Source: Candidatus Marinacidobacterales bacterium
GTDB lineage: Bacteria > Acidobacteriota > Vicinamibacteria > Marinacidobacterales > DATDRI01
NCBI GenBank assembly: GCA_965226495.1
Contig: OZ245365.1
Span: forward strand, 3,168,001-3,232,000
Direction: 5' to 3'
Length of the DNA stretch: 64,000 bases
Below the pieces are notes generated by a model. That model saw only the letters and a program-made list of their open reading frames with translations. It was not told the DNA's origin and made no database searches. Made by a program: the position numbers and the translations under genes. Below, one piece after another: positions 49,563 to 58,351 of the stretch. How positions within the stretch are numbered: position 1 is the first letter of the stretch; each line of letters begins with the position of its first letter.

Positions 49563-52346
49563 ATGAGTCCGGAACAGTGGAAGAAAGTAAAGGCCATCGT
49601 TCAGGAAGCACTCGACCGTTCACCTTCCGAAAGAACCAGCTACCTGGACGCCGCGTGTGGGAGCGACGCTTCCTTACGCCAGGAAGTGGAGTCTCTCCTC
49701 GACTTCGATAAGAGCGGTCTTCTGGACAAGCCAGCGGCCGACGCCCTCGGTGAATTGCAGCCGACTGTGGACCGGACCCCAGCCGGGAACGCTTCCGACT
49801 TGCAGCTCGCAGCGGGCGATGTTCTCGCCGGCCGCTACCGGATCATCGACGCACTCGGTAAAGGAGGAATGGGAGAAGTCTATCGCGCACACGATCTGAC
49901 TTTGGAACAGGATGTCGCACTCAAGTTCCTTCCCCAAGACTTCCAACAAGATCCGTCGCGCCTCGCGCGTTTCCGTAATGAGGTACGCACCGCCCGGGAA
50001 ATCTCTCATCGCAATGTGTGTCGCGTCTACGACATCGGCGAGATACAGGGCCAGACGTTTCTCAGCATGGAGTACATCGACGGTGAGGACCTCGGTTCGC
50101 TCCTTCACCGCATTGGACGACTCCCCTCGGATAAGGCCGTCGAGGTCGCACACCAACTTTGCATGGGCCTAGCGGCCGCACACGAAAAGGCAGTCCTGCA
50201 CCGCGATCTCAAGCCGGCGAACGTGATGATCGACGGCCAAGGCGCGGCGCGTATCACGGACTTCGGCTTGGCGGCGGCGATCGACGAAGTGGAAGGATCA
50301 GAGATTCGTGTGGGCACACCGGCCTACATGTCTCCCGAGCAATCCTCAGGTAAAGAGGTGACCGTCCAAAGCGACCTCTACAGTCTCGGCCTCGTGCTCT
50401 ACCAGCTCTTCACCGGGAAACGCGCGTTTTCGGCCTCCACGCCGGAAGAGCTCGTACGATTGCAAAGAGATTCGACGCCGACCAGCCCATCGAGCCTGGT
50501 GGAGGGGATCGATCCGACGGTGGAACGCGCGATTCTTCGATGTCTGGATCCCGATCCGAGCCGAAGGCCCCCTTCGGCGATCGCCGTCGCGGCCGCTCTG
50601 CCCGGAGGGGATCCGTTGGCGGCGGCGCTTGCCGCCGGCGAGACGCCGTCCCCGGAGCTCGTCGCCGATGCCGGCGCGGTGGGTGGTCTCACGCCGGCGG
50701 TTGCTTGGGCTTGCCTGGCCGGCGTTATCACTATGGTTTTACTCTCGATCCCCGCGCACCAGATGGGAATGCAGAGTATGAACCGGCTCGTCCCGCTCTC
50801 CAAATCTCCCGAAGTCCTGCGCGAGCGAGCGAGCGAAATAGCCAATCGAATGGGTCCGAATCCGCCAGTCGACAGCACTTACGGTTTTTCATACAACGAG
50901 GACTATCTCGATTACCTCGAAGCGCAAGAACCCTCTCCCAAGAAATATGCTTCGCTCAGGACTGCGGAGCAGGGCGCGGTACGTTTCTGGTATCGGCAGA
51001 GCCCTTCTTACCTGGTGCCCCATCGGGTCACGCCTCCACAGTTCTTTCCCAAGGAATTCGATCCTCCGAACTCCGCTCCCGGAATGGTCTTGATCGAGCT
51101 GGATCTCGAAGGACGTCTGCGCAGATTCGACGCCGTGCCTCTGCGGACGAGAGAAGATGCGGCGCCCGAAAACATCGATTGGAGGCCTTTGTTCCTGGAA
51201 GCAGGCCTCGAGCTCAACGAGTTCTCGCCAACACCACCCGACCGCATTCCTGCCGTATTCGCCGACGAATTGGCGGCGTGGGATGGAACCTACTCCGGTA
51301 TGAACACCCCGATTCGCATCGAGGCCGCCGGATGCCGGGGCCGCCCGGTCGCATTCGAAGTGATCGAGCCATGGAGCGAGCCCGAGGCCAAGTCGTGGGT
51401 GAGGCCTTCCGACATGTTGGGATCGTCATGGGGCAGCCTCATTCACATGTCAGTCTATGTTTTCGCTCTCGTTGCGGGGGCTCTCCTTGCACGCCGCAAC
51501 CTGGGGGTCGGGAGCGGAGACCGGAGAGCCGCCATTCGACTGGCCCTGTTCACGTTCTTTCTCACGATGCTTCAGTGGCTATTCGCCGCACACCATGTGC
51601 CCACTCGAGAAGAAGTCGACCTCTTCCTAGGTGCTCTGTACGTCGCGTGTTTTACGTTCGCACTGGTGTGGGTGCTGTACATGGCCTTGGAGCCTTACGT
51701 GAGGCGAGTCTGGCCGCAGATGATGATCTCCTGGGTCCGACTCATGGCGGGGCGGTTCCGGGATCCTCTCGTGGGTAGGGACGTCCTGATTGGCTGCCTC
51801 GTGGGAGGCGCTACCGCCGTCCTCTGGCAAGCCGATGTCTTCGTTTCTGAGTGGCTGGCGTGGGGCGTACCTCGCAAATCCTATTCGGTGCCCGCGTTTC
51901 AGCTCGACATGCTCAGCGGTCTGAGGGAGTCTTTGGCGACCCTATTCTTGATCCCAGTCAATTCGCTGAAATCGACTCTTTTCTTCGTCGTGGTGCTTTT
52001 CTTACTCCGCCTACTGCTTCGAAGAACGTGGCTCGCTATCGCTGCCTACATGGCGCTCATGGTGACCGTTTACAACCTGGGAAGCTCGCCCATCGTACTT
52101 GTGTCGCACGCGTTCTACTTGGGGCTTTGGGTTTTCGTGTTGTTCCGTTTCGGCTGGATCAGTGCGATGGTCTCCATGCTGGTCGCCGATTTGTTGTTGC
52201 ACTTCCCGTTGACGTTCGACTTCGCGGCATGGACCTCGAGTTCAGCATTTCCCGCGATCCTCGTGATCGCCGCGCTGACGATTTACGGCTTCAAGGTCTC
52301 CCTGGCGGGACGGCCGGCTTTCAAGGATTTGTTAGCGGATGCATGA
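49563..52346 (+). CDS. Hanks-type Ser/Thr protein kinase with multi-pass membrane C-terminus
   Basis: [33 protein letters not shown]; extracytoplasmic loop, then many TM helices. Confidence 0.93.
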   Translation: MSPEQWKKVKAIVQEALDRSPSERTSYLDAACGSDASLRQEVESLLDFDKSGLLDKPAADALGELQPTVDRTPAGNASDLQLAAGDVLAGRYRIIDALGKGGMGEVYRAHDLTLEQDVALKFLPQDFQQDPSRLARFRNEVRTAREISHRNVCRVYDIGEIQGQTFLSMEYIDGEDLGSLLHRIGRLPSDKAVEVAHQLCMGLAAAHEKAVLHRDLKPANVMIDGQGAARITDFGLAAAIDEVEGSEIRVGTPAYMSPEQSSGKEVTVQSDLYSLGLVLYQLFTGKRAFSASTPEELVRLQRDSTPTSPSSLVEGIDPTVERAILRCLDPDPSRRPPSAIAVAAALPGGDPLAAALAAGETPSPELVADAGAVGGLTPAVAWACLAGVITMVLLSIPAHQMGMQSMNRLVPLSKSPEVLRERASEIANRMGPNPPVDSTYGFSYNEDYLDYLEAQEPSPKKYASLRTAEQGAVRFWYRQSPSYLVPHRVTPPQFFPKEFDPPNSAPGMVLIELDLEGRLRRFDAVPLRTREDAAPENIDWRPLFLEAGLELNEFSPTPPDRIPAVFADELAAWDGTYSGMNTPIRIEAAGCRGRPVAFEVIEPWSEPEAKSWVRPSDMLGSSWGSLIHMSVYVFALVAGALLARRNLGVGSGDRRAAIRLALFTFFLTMLQWLFAAHHVPTREEVDLFLGALYVACFTFALVWVLYMALEPYVRRVWPQMMISWVRLMAGRFRDPLVGRDVLIGCLVGGATAVLWQADVFVSEWLAWGVPRKSYSVPAFQLDMLSGLRESLATLFLIPVNSLKSTLFFVVVLFLLRLLLRRTWLAIAAYMALMVTVYNLGSSPIVLVSHAFYLGLWVFVLFRFGWISAMVSMLVADLLLHFPLTFDFAAWTSSSAFPAILVIAALTIYGFKVSLAGRPAFKDLLADA

Positions 52347-52472
52347 GAAGTTTCGGGCTACTCCATCTTCCAGAAATGTTCGACACCAGCCCGTTCACTA
52401 CGAAAGTTCATGGTTCCTCAGCTTCGAATAGGGACCGATTTTCGGCGGAGCCTGGGCACTCTATAATGGGGC

Positions 52473-52946
52473 ATGGCAACGTTGCTTCTCCTGTTCATCG
52501 TGGTGCCGGTGGTCGAGCTGGCGCTCCTCCTCGAGATCGGGTCGCGCATCGGAACTCTCGATACCATCGCCCTCATCGTAGTGACGGGTTTCGTGGGTGC
52601 GGGGCTCGCGCGGTGGCAGGGGTTTCTCGTCTTGCGACGGATGCAAGAGCAAGTGGGGCGCGGCGAGCTTCCCGCCTCTTCGCTGATCGACGGCGTTCTC
52701 ATTCTGATTGCCGCCGCATTCCTCGTGACTCCCGGGATTCTGACCGACGCCGTCGGGTTCGCTCTTCTGGTGCCGACGGTCCGCCTTCTGTTGAGACGGG
52801 CGGTACGCCGGCGCATCGAACAGAACATCGGGCGAGGCCAGCTTCGAGTCTTCGTGTCGGGAGAGCCTCCTCCGAGCGGAAGAGTTGCCAAGGGCGGGCC
52901 GGCGATCGACATTCGGCCCGAGCCGGACGACGACGCCCGGGACTAA
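52473..52946 (+). CDS. fxsA: FxsA-family membrane protein
   Basis: VPVVELALL, LVTPGILTDAVG. Confidence 0.88.
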   Translation: MATLLLLFIVVPVVELALLLEIGSRIGTLDTIALIVVTGFVGAGLARWQGFLVLRRMQEQVGRGELPASSLIDGVLILIAAAFLVTPGILTDAVGFALLVPTVRLLLRRAVRRRIEQNIGRGQLRVFVSGEPPPSGRVAKGGPAIDIRPEPDDDARD

Positions 52947-53003
52947 AGAGCGCGACCCGGGTAACTAGAAGAATAGGTACCGTGACGAACTAGCCCTCGC
53001 CTT

Positions 53004-54959
53004 CTACGGCGTGTACCAGATCGGCGAAGTGTAGGCGCGCTCTTGCGTCGAAACCGGAGCACCCTCGGGGATCGGAACACCGAACCGGAACGCGTCGTAG
53101 GTCGACCAGCGTGGAGTTGGGATCTCGATGACGCGGGTGTAGTAGACCGCCTTTTGAGACGCATCGAAGTCGGGATCGGTCCAGACAGCGGCGAGGTCCG
53201 ACGCCCCGATCGTATTGGTGAAATTTGCCGTGGCGACGTCGACGGTGTTCCCGACCGCTGGTAGCTTCCCGTTCTTGCCCGGCTTGCGATCGCCAGACCA
53301 TGCGACGTCGTAGACCTTCTCGTGCGTGTTTCCACCGGCGTCCATCCAGCCCTTCACGATCTGGATGCGGTCCAGGTTGCCTCCGATCGGGTCCTTGATG
53401 GCGTAAACCATGAAGCTCGGCGCTCCGCTACCGGCACGCGCCGGCAGATCGCCGCCCATGGGGACACCCTTCGAATAACCGGCGAAAGCTGGCGTGCGGC
53501 TATTGAGGTCCGTCGCCGTGAAGTCCCAGCCGCCGAAGAAGCGCACACCCATGCGGCTACCGGTGGTGGCGTAGGTTTCCTTGCGCTCCATCGCGTCGAA
53601 GATCGCTTCGCGCGTGTTCTCGGTCGCCCACACCGCGGCCAAGCCGGAGGCGGCCAACTGCCAACCGTCGATCCCGCGTTTGCCGTCCGGGGACTTCATC
53701 ATCGGGTGCGTCATACGGTGCGGGCTCGGCTCGTAGCCGGTGTGCTTGCCAAAGAAGTTGTCTTCCTGGGCGGTGGCGAGAGCAGTGTGGCTATCGGTCG
53801 AGCCGATCTGGCCGAACTTGTACGGGTTCGTGCCGAGGCGCGATTCAATGACGAGGCCACGCTTCAATGCCTCGCGGGCATACTCCCCGGCGAGCATGGC
53901 GTCGGTCTTGATCTCGGAGAGGTCGAGATTACCGACATCCCAGGTCTCGTAATCCGCGAACTCGTCGTCCGGCGATAAGAACGAGTGTGTCTCGCCGTCA
54001 CCCTTGATCTGGGTCGTCTCGTAGAGCGGCTCCCAACGGCGACGCTCGGTGACGTAATCCTCGTCGAGCGCCCTGCCGTTCCACTGAGCGTCCATCGGGA
54101 ACATGATGCCGTTCGAGAGATTGCCGTTGTGAGCAATGGCAAGGACGTCGCCACCGGTCTTCTCTTCGAAGTTCGCCAACCACTTCCAGAGGTCGCGTGG
54201 ATCGGGACTGCCTAACGGCGGCATGGTCGTGTAGGCAACCATCTGCGAAGCCTTCGCGGCATCATCACGATAGATGACGACCCGGTGCATGTTGCCACCT
54301 TTGATCAGCGAGGTCCATTCGAAACCGATGAAGGCGGTGAATTTTCCGGGATCGTTGAACTCCTCAGCCGCTGCGATGGTGTCGTCCCACACGAACTTGT
54401 ATATCTTGGTATCGGGCGCATACACCAGCCCTTCCGGGAACTTGCCTTGTGAGAACAAACCGATAAGCTCGAGCGCGACGCTGACGCCGTCGCCCGCTTG
54501 AATCCGTTCGTACCAGTCCCGACCGGTGGGATCGGCCAGGATGTGCGGCTTGCCCGCGTACAGATCCGGAAAGAGGCCCATGTTGTCGGAATGATCGGCG
54601 ATGACCAGCCAGTCTAATGGGCGGGACAGCCTCACCGGCAGGCCGGCTGAAGCGATCACTTCTTCGCCGCGTGCGAATCGATAAGCATCGCGAAGGCCGA
54701 GCCGGTTCCCGAACGCGCCTGCGTCCATCGAGAGAGAAGTGTGAAGATGCGAGTCGCCCCAATACGGACGGCTCGCGAACCCGCGCTTGGCGTAGGGAGA
54801 ATAGGTCTTACCCGGATAGGCGTTCGACAGTACCTTCTCTGCGTCGGGCGGCGCGGGCAATTGAGCCGACGTCGGGGTCGCGACCGCGGTAAGAGCAACT
54901 ACGGTAAGAGCAACTACAACTATGAGCCTGCTTAGCTTCTTCACTACGTCAACCTCCAC
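53004..54959 (-). CDS. DUF3604 domain protein (PHP-like metallohydrolase fold)
   Basis: [49 protein letters not shown]; start approximate. Confidence 0.9.
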   Translation of the reverse strand: MEVDVVKKLSRLIVVVALTVVALTAVATPTSAQLPAPPDAEKVLSNAYPGKTYSPYAKRGFASRPYWGDSHLHTSLSMDAGAFGNRLGLRDAYRFARGEEVIASAGLPVRLSRPLDWLVIADHSDNMGLFPDLYAGKPHILADPTGRDWYERIQAGDGVSVALELIGLFSQGKFPEGLVYAPDTKIYKFVWDDTIAAAEEFNDPGKFTAFIGFEWTSLIKGGNMHRVVIYRDDAAKASQMVAYTTMPPLGSPDPRDLWKWLANFEEKTGGDVLAIAHNGNLSNGIMFPMDAQWNGRALDEDYVTERRRWEPLYETTQIKGDGETHSFLSPDDEFADYETWDVGNLDLSEIKTDAMLAGEYAREALKRGLVIESRLGTNPYKFGQIGSTDSHTALATAQEDNFFGKHTGYEPSPHRMTHPMMKSPDGKRGIDGWQLAASGLAAVWATENTREAIFDAMERKETYATTGSRMGVRFFGGWDFTATDLNSRTPAFAGYSKGVPMGGDLPARAGSGAPSFMVYAIKDPIGGNLDRIQIVKGWMDAGGNTHEKVYDVAWSGDRKPGKNGKLPAVGNTVDVATANFTNTIGASDLAAVWTDPDFDASQKAVYYTRVIEIPTPRWSTYDAFRFGVPIPEGAPVSTQERAYTSPIWYTP

Positions 54960-55025
54960 CTGCGGAATAACTGCTTAGAATGAACTTGCTTGCCAATCTC
55001 GTCCGGGCGAAATTCAGGGGAGACC

Positions 55026-56138
55026 TTACTCCATCTTCCAAAAGTCGATCCCCGAAGCCTGCTTGCCGACATCGATAGACGCTCGCGTCTCGAAAGTCTG
55101 GAGATCGATGACGTCCACCGTCCCCGGATCGTCACTGACTCCTTCGATGGAGACGAAAGCGAAGCGGTTGTCGGGACTCACCGTCACACCGTGCGTGATC
55201 CGGCGGCTCGCGGGAACGCTGGCTAGCTCCTTCCCGGTCTCGAGATCCCAGATCGCGGTGGAGTTGTTCGGCTTGCAGGTCGCGAGGACCATCTTGCCGT
55301 TCGGCGTGACCGCCAGGTTGTAAGGCCCTTTCTGGGTGTGAAACCGCCGCGTAATCTTCCAATCGTTCAGACTGACTTCGGCGATCTGGTTGGCCCCTTG
55401 AAGCGCGACGTAGATGTAGGGTTTTGTCGGATGAGGCTGCACCCACGTGGGTTTCACGACCGCCATCTGGTGATCCTCGCCATGGTGAACGGGAGCCGCC
55501 GTATCGTCCTTGGTGAGATGGAGCTTCCGGCCCACCTTCAGCTGCATCACATCGATCTCGTAAAGCGTATCGTCCATCATGCCCACCGAGTAGTGAAACT
55601 TCCCGTCCGGGCTGGCTCGGGAGCCATGGGGCATCATGCCTTGTTCGATCTGCGCGATCTCGGTCATGGAGGCGGTGTCGATGACTGAGACGGTGCTGGG
55701 CTCCATGTCTCCGTGGAGATTGAAATTGACGACGAACATCAAGCCTGTGGTTCGGCTGATGTCCATGGTGGCGGGAAACAATCCCGCCTGGACGTCACTG
55801 ACGGAAACGTCGTCCCCCGTCTCGTACTTGAAGACCGATCCGTATGGTAGTCCATGCGCGATGGATACGTACCAATACCGACCGCTGGGTGATACGCGAA
55901 TCCCGTGTGGCCCTTCGGTCTCGGTGGGAAAGACACCGACCTCGATGGTCTTGACGACTTCTCCACCTTCGGGACCGAACTTCACCAAGTGGACAGTGTC
56001 TTCGGACTCCGCTGCGACATAGACGTAGTAATTCTTGTCCACGGGATCGCCCGCACCGTGTATCGAGGTCTCGTCGAGCCACGCCGCCGCCGCCACCACG
56101 ATCGCCCCGAAAAGGGCGAGCAGCCTTCGGTATCTCAT
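55026..56138 (-). CDS. YncE/YVTN-type beta-propeller protein, paralog 2
   Basis: Clear paralog of 34943-36088 (YVAAESED, EGPHGI, NFNLHGDMEPST, MPHG); ATGA overlap with the upstream gene. Confidence 0.88.
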   Translation of the reverse strand: MRYRRLLALFGAIVVAAAAWLDETSIHGAGDPVDKNYYVYVAAESEDTVHLVKFGPEGGEVVKTIEVGVFPTETEGPHGIRVSPSGRYWYVSIAHGLPYGSVFKYETGDDVSVSDVQAGLFPATMDISRTTGLMFVVNFNLHGDMEPSTVSVIDTASMTEIAQIEQGMMPHGSRASPDGKFHYSVGMMDDTLYEIDVMQLKVGRKLHLTKDDTAAPVHHGEDHQMAVVKPTWVQPHPTKPYIYVALQGANQIAEVSLNDWKITRRFHTQKGPYNLAVTPNGKMVLATCKPNNSTAIWDLETGKELASVPASRRITHGVTVSPDNRFAFVSIEGVSDDPGTVDVIDLQTFETRASIDVGKQASGIDFWKME

Positions 56139-58204
56139 GGGCTCGCGGGGTCCTTTTCATCATCGGGGGATACCAAGCGAACCGCCCAAAGCCCGCTGTG
56201 GAAGTCGGAGAAGAAGATGGTGCCCTTGTGGGGTTGCGGTCCCCAGGCCATGGGTGAATTCGGTACATAAGCTTCGGGATCGTCGGAATAAAAACGCCCC
56301 ATCTCCCGACCCTGGGCGTATAGATCGCCCAGCAGCTCACCCGAGACATCGAGCACGCGCAAGCCTCCCTGGTAGTAAGCCGCGTACAGAATCTCCTGGT
56401 CCCAATCGATCCAGTAGTTGTGTACGCCGTAATCCCCTACTTTGTAGCGAGCAACTTCCTTGGGATCCTCGAAATCGTCGAACTCGACAACGTGGATCCA
56501 ACCACCCATCCGAGTGGGTAGTTTCAACCCCGAGTTGAATGGCTCATCCTCCGGAATTCGAGGATTTGGAAACGAGGTCTCGTCGCCTCCGAAGACGTAA
56601 AACTTTCCGGCCGACTTGCTCTTGAGCGGCCACACTGCGTGGTTCCAGCGGGTGATCTGATCGGCGCGGCCCATCTCGACGGGGCGAGCCGGGGAGCCAC
56701 CCTTCCCTCCCCCGCCGACATCGACCAGGATCAATCCATCCGTCCTTCCGGCTTGATAAGCGATGCCGTCGTGTACCCAAACGTCGTGCACCGAGCGGCC
56801 AGGACTGCTGGTCTCGAAGCGGCCAACGCGCGTGGGCTTGGTCGGATCTTCAATGTTGATCACGTCCCAGCGCCGGCCGTTGTTCACCGCATAGACGTGG
56901 TTGTCGTAGACGAAGACGTTGTGGACACCGCCGGTGAGTTGATCGTCGAAGGTGGAAAGGATCTGGACGTCCCGCGGATTGCTCACATCGAGGATGACGA
57001 TCCCGTTCCGGCGGTTCGACGCACCTTCTCGACTAATGACACAGATACGCCCGTCCTCGGAAACCTTGACGTCATTCACCGTGCGCGCGTCTACTTGCAC
57101 CGTGTCGATGAGCTCCATGTTGGCGGGATCGGTGACGTCATAGAAGTACGCATTGCCGGGCCCGTTCCAACTTCCAATCACCGCGTAGTCGCGACCGTCC
57201 GCGCCTTCCCAAATCCACAGGTCCGATGTCCGGTGATCTGGAACTCGTGCCTCACCGACGAACTCGAATTTCCGTGCGACGTCTCGCTGCGTGATCCGAA
57301 CGCTTTCCCGGGCCACCGCCTCGCCCGACATCGCGACAACGGTATAAATGCCTTGCTGCTCCGCCACGAAGCGACCATCGTCGAGTATCATCGCCGCGGC
57401 TCCGGCGCCCAAAGACTCCGGGTGTGCCGGGTCGGGGCGATTTCGAAGAGAGAACGCAACCGGCACACTGGTTACGACCTTGCCCTGCGCGTCCTTGGCC
57501 ACCGCCTGGAAACGGATCACGTCCCCGGTGCGGGCCTCCCGTTGAGAAGCGGTGAGCTCGATCGAGTGAACTGGGTTTGGTTCCACCTCGAACGTCAACG
57601 TCGCGCTGACGTTGTCCGCGGTGGCGGTCACGGTCGCCGTCCCAGGCACGAGCCCGGTCAGGTTTCCGAAGCCATCGGTTTCGGCAATCGCGGTGTCGCT
57701 GACTCCAAGCGTCGGAGCGATGTCGTGCCGTTCCCCCCCGCTCTCATCGACCCCGCTGACGCGAACCGGTATCGTTGTGCCCGCATACACCGTGGACGGG
57801 ACGTCTACGATCTCGAGGCTGATAAGCGGAGGCACCGGCACGGTGACCTCGAGCTTTCCCCGAATACCCGCATCGAGAAACCCGGTGTAGCTGTCGGGCT
57901 CACCCTCTATGCGTTCCTCAGGCGACAGCGCGGTCACTCCGTGCTCCCCCGGTCGAACAGCCTTGACCAGGCCCCCAGGGGTCACCTCGAGATAGATTCG
58001 GCTCCCAAAAAAAAGAACCTGAGCGTCGGGTAGGACGTTACCTTCCGCGTCCTTGACCACCGCCTTGAGCTGCGCCGTTTCGCCCACCTTGAGCGTCAAG
58101 GTCGAGGGCTCGATCTCTACCGTCGCGGGTGCCTGCGCCAAGAGAGCAGTCGGAGTTAAGGCAGCCAAAGCGACCATCAAAAGAGCTGTGGCGAATCCCT
58201 TCAT
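56135..58204 (-). CDS. Ig-like + LVIVD-repeat beta-propeller protein, paralog 2
   Basis: RBS GGAGGA, ATG 58204, signal peptide; paralog of 36104-38179 (TSDLWIWEG, DARTVNDVKVSED, GGVHNVF). Confidence 0.88.
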   Translation of the reverse strand: MKGFATALLMVALAALTPTALLAQAPATVEIEPSTLTLKVGETAQLKAVVKDAEGNVLPDAQVLFFGSRIYLEVTPGGLVKAVRPGEHGVTALSPEERIEGEPDSYTGFLDAGIRGKLEVTVPVPPLISLEIVDVPSTVYAGTTIPVRVSGVDESGGERHDIAPTLGVSDTAIAETDGFGNLTGLVPGTATVTATADNVSATLTFEVEPNPVHSIELTASQREARTGDVIRFQAVAKDAQGKVVTSVPVAFSLRNRPDPAHPESLGAGAAAMILDDGRFVAEQQGIYTVVAMSGEAVARESVRITQRDVARKFEFVGEARVPDHRTSDLWIWEGADGRDYAVIGSWNGPGNAYFYDVTDPANMELIDTVQVDARTVNDVKVSEDGRICVISREGASNRRNGIVILDVSNPRDVQILSTFDDQLTGGVHNVFVYDNHVYAVNNGRRWDVINIEDPTKPTRVGRFETSSPGRSVHDVWVHDGIAYQAGRTDGLILVDVGGGGKGGSPARPVEMGRADQITRWNHAVWPLKSKSAGKFYVFGGDETSFPNPRIPEDEPFNSGLKLPTRMGGWIHVVEFDDFEDPKEVARYKVGDYGVHNYWIDWDQEILYAAYYQGGLRVLDVSGELLGDLYAQGREMGRFYSDDPEAYVPNSPMAWGPQPHKGTIFFSDFHSGLWAVRLVSPDDEKDPASP

Positions 58205-58351
58205 ATTCTTCCTCCAATTTTTGGGGTCGTCCGGGCCGTACCTTACACCCTTAGGCGGGCCCTGAAAAGCCTGAAAAAAACCGCAGCGAGGCGGCGGCGC
58301 GACCTGCAAGACCTGCAAGATAAGATAGGATGACAGACGACGACGACCAAC

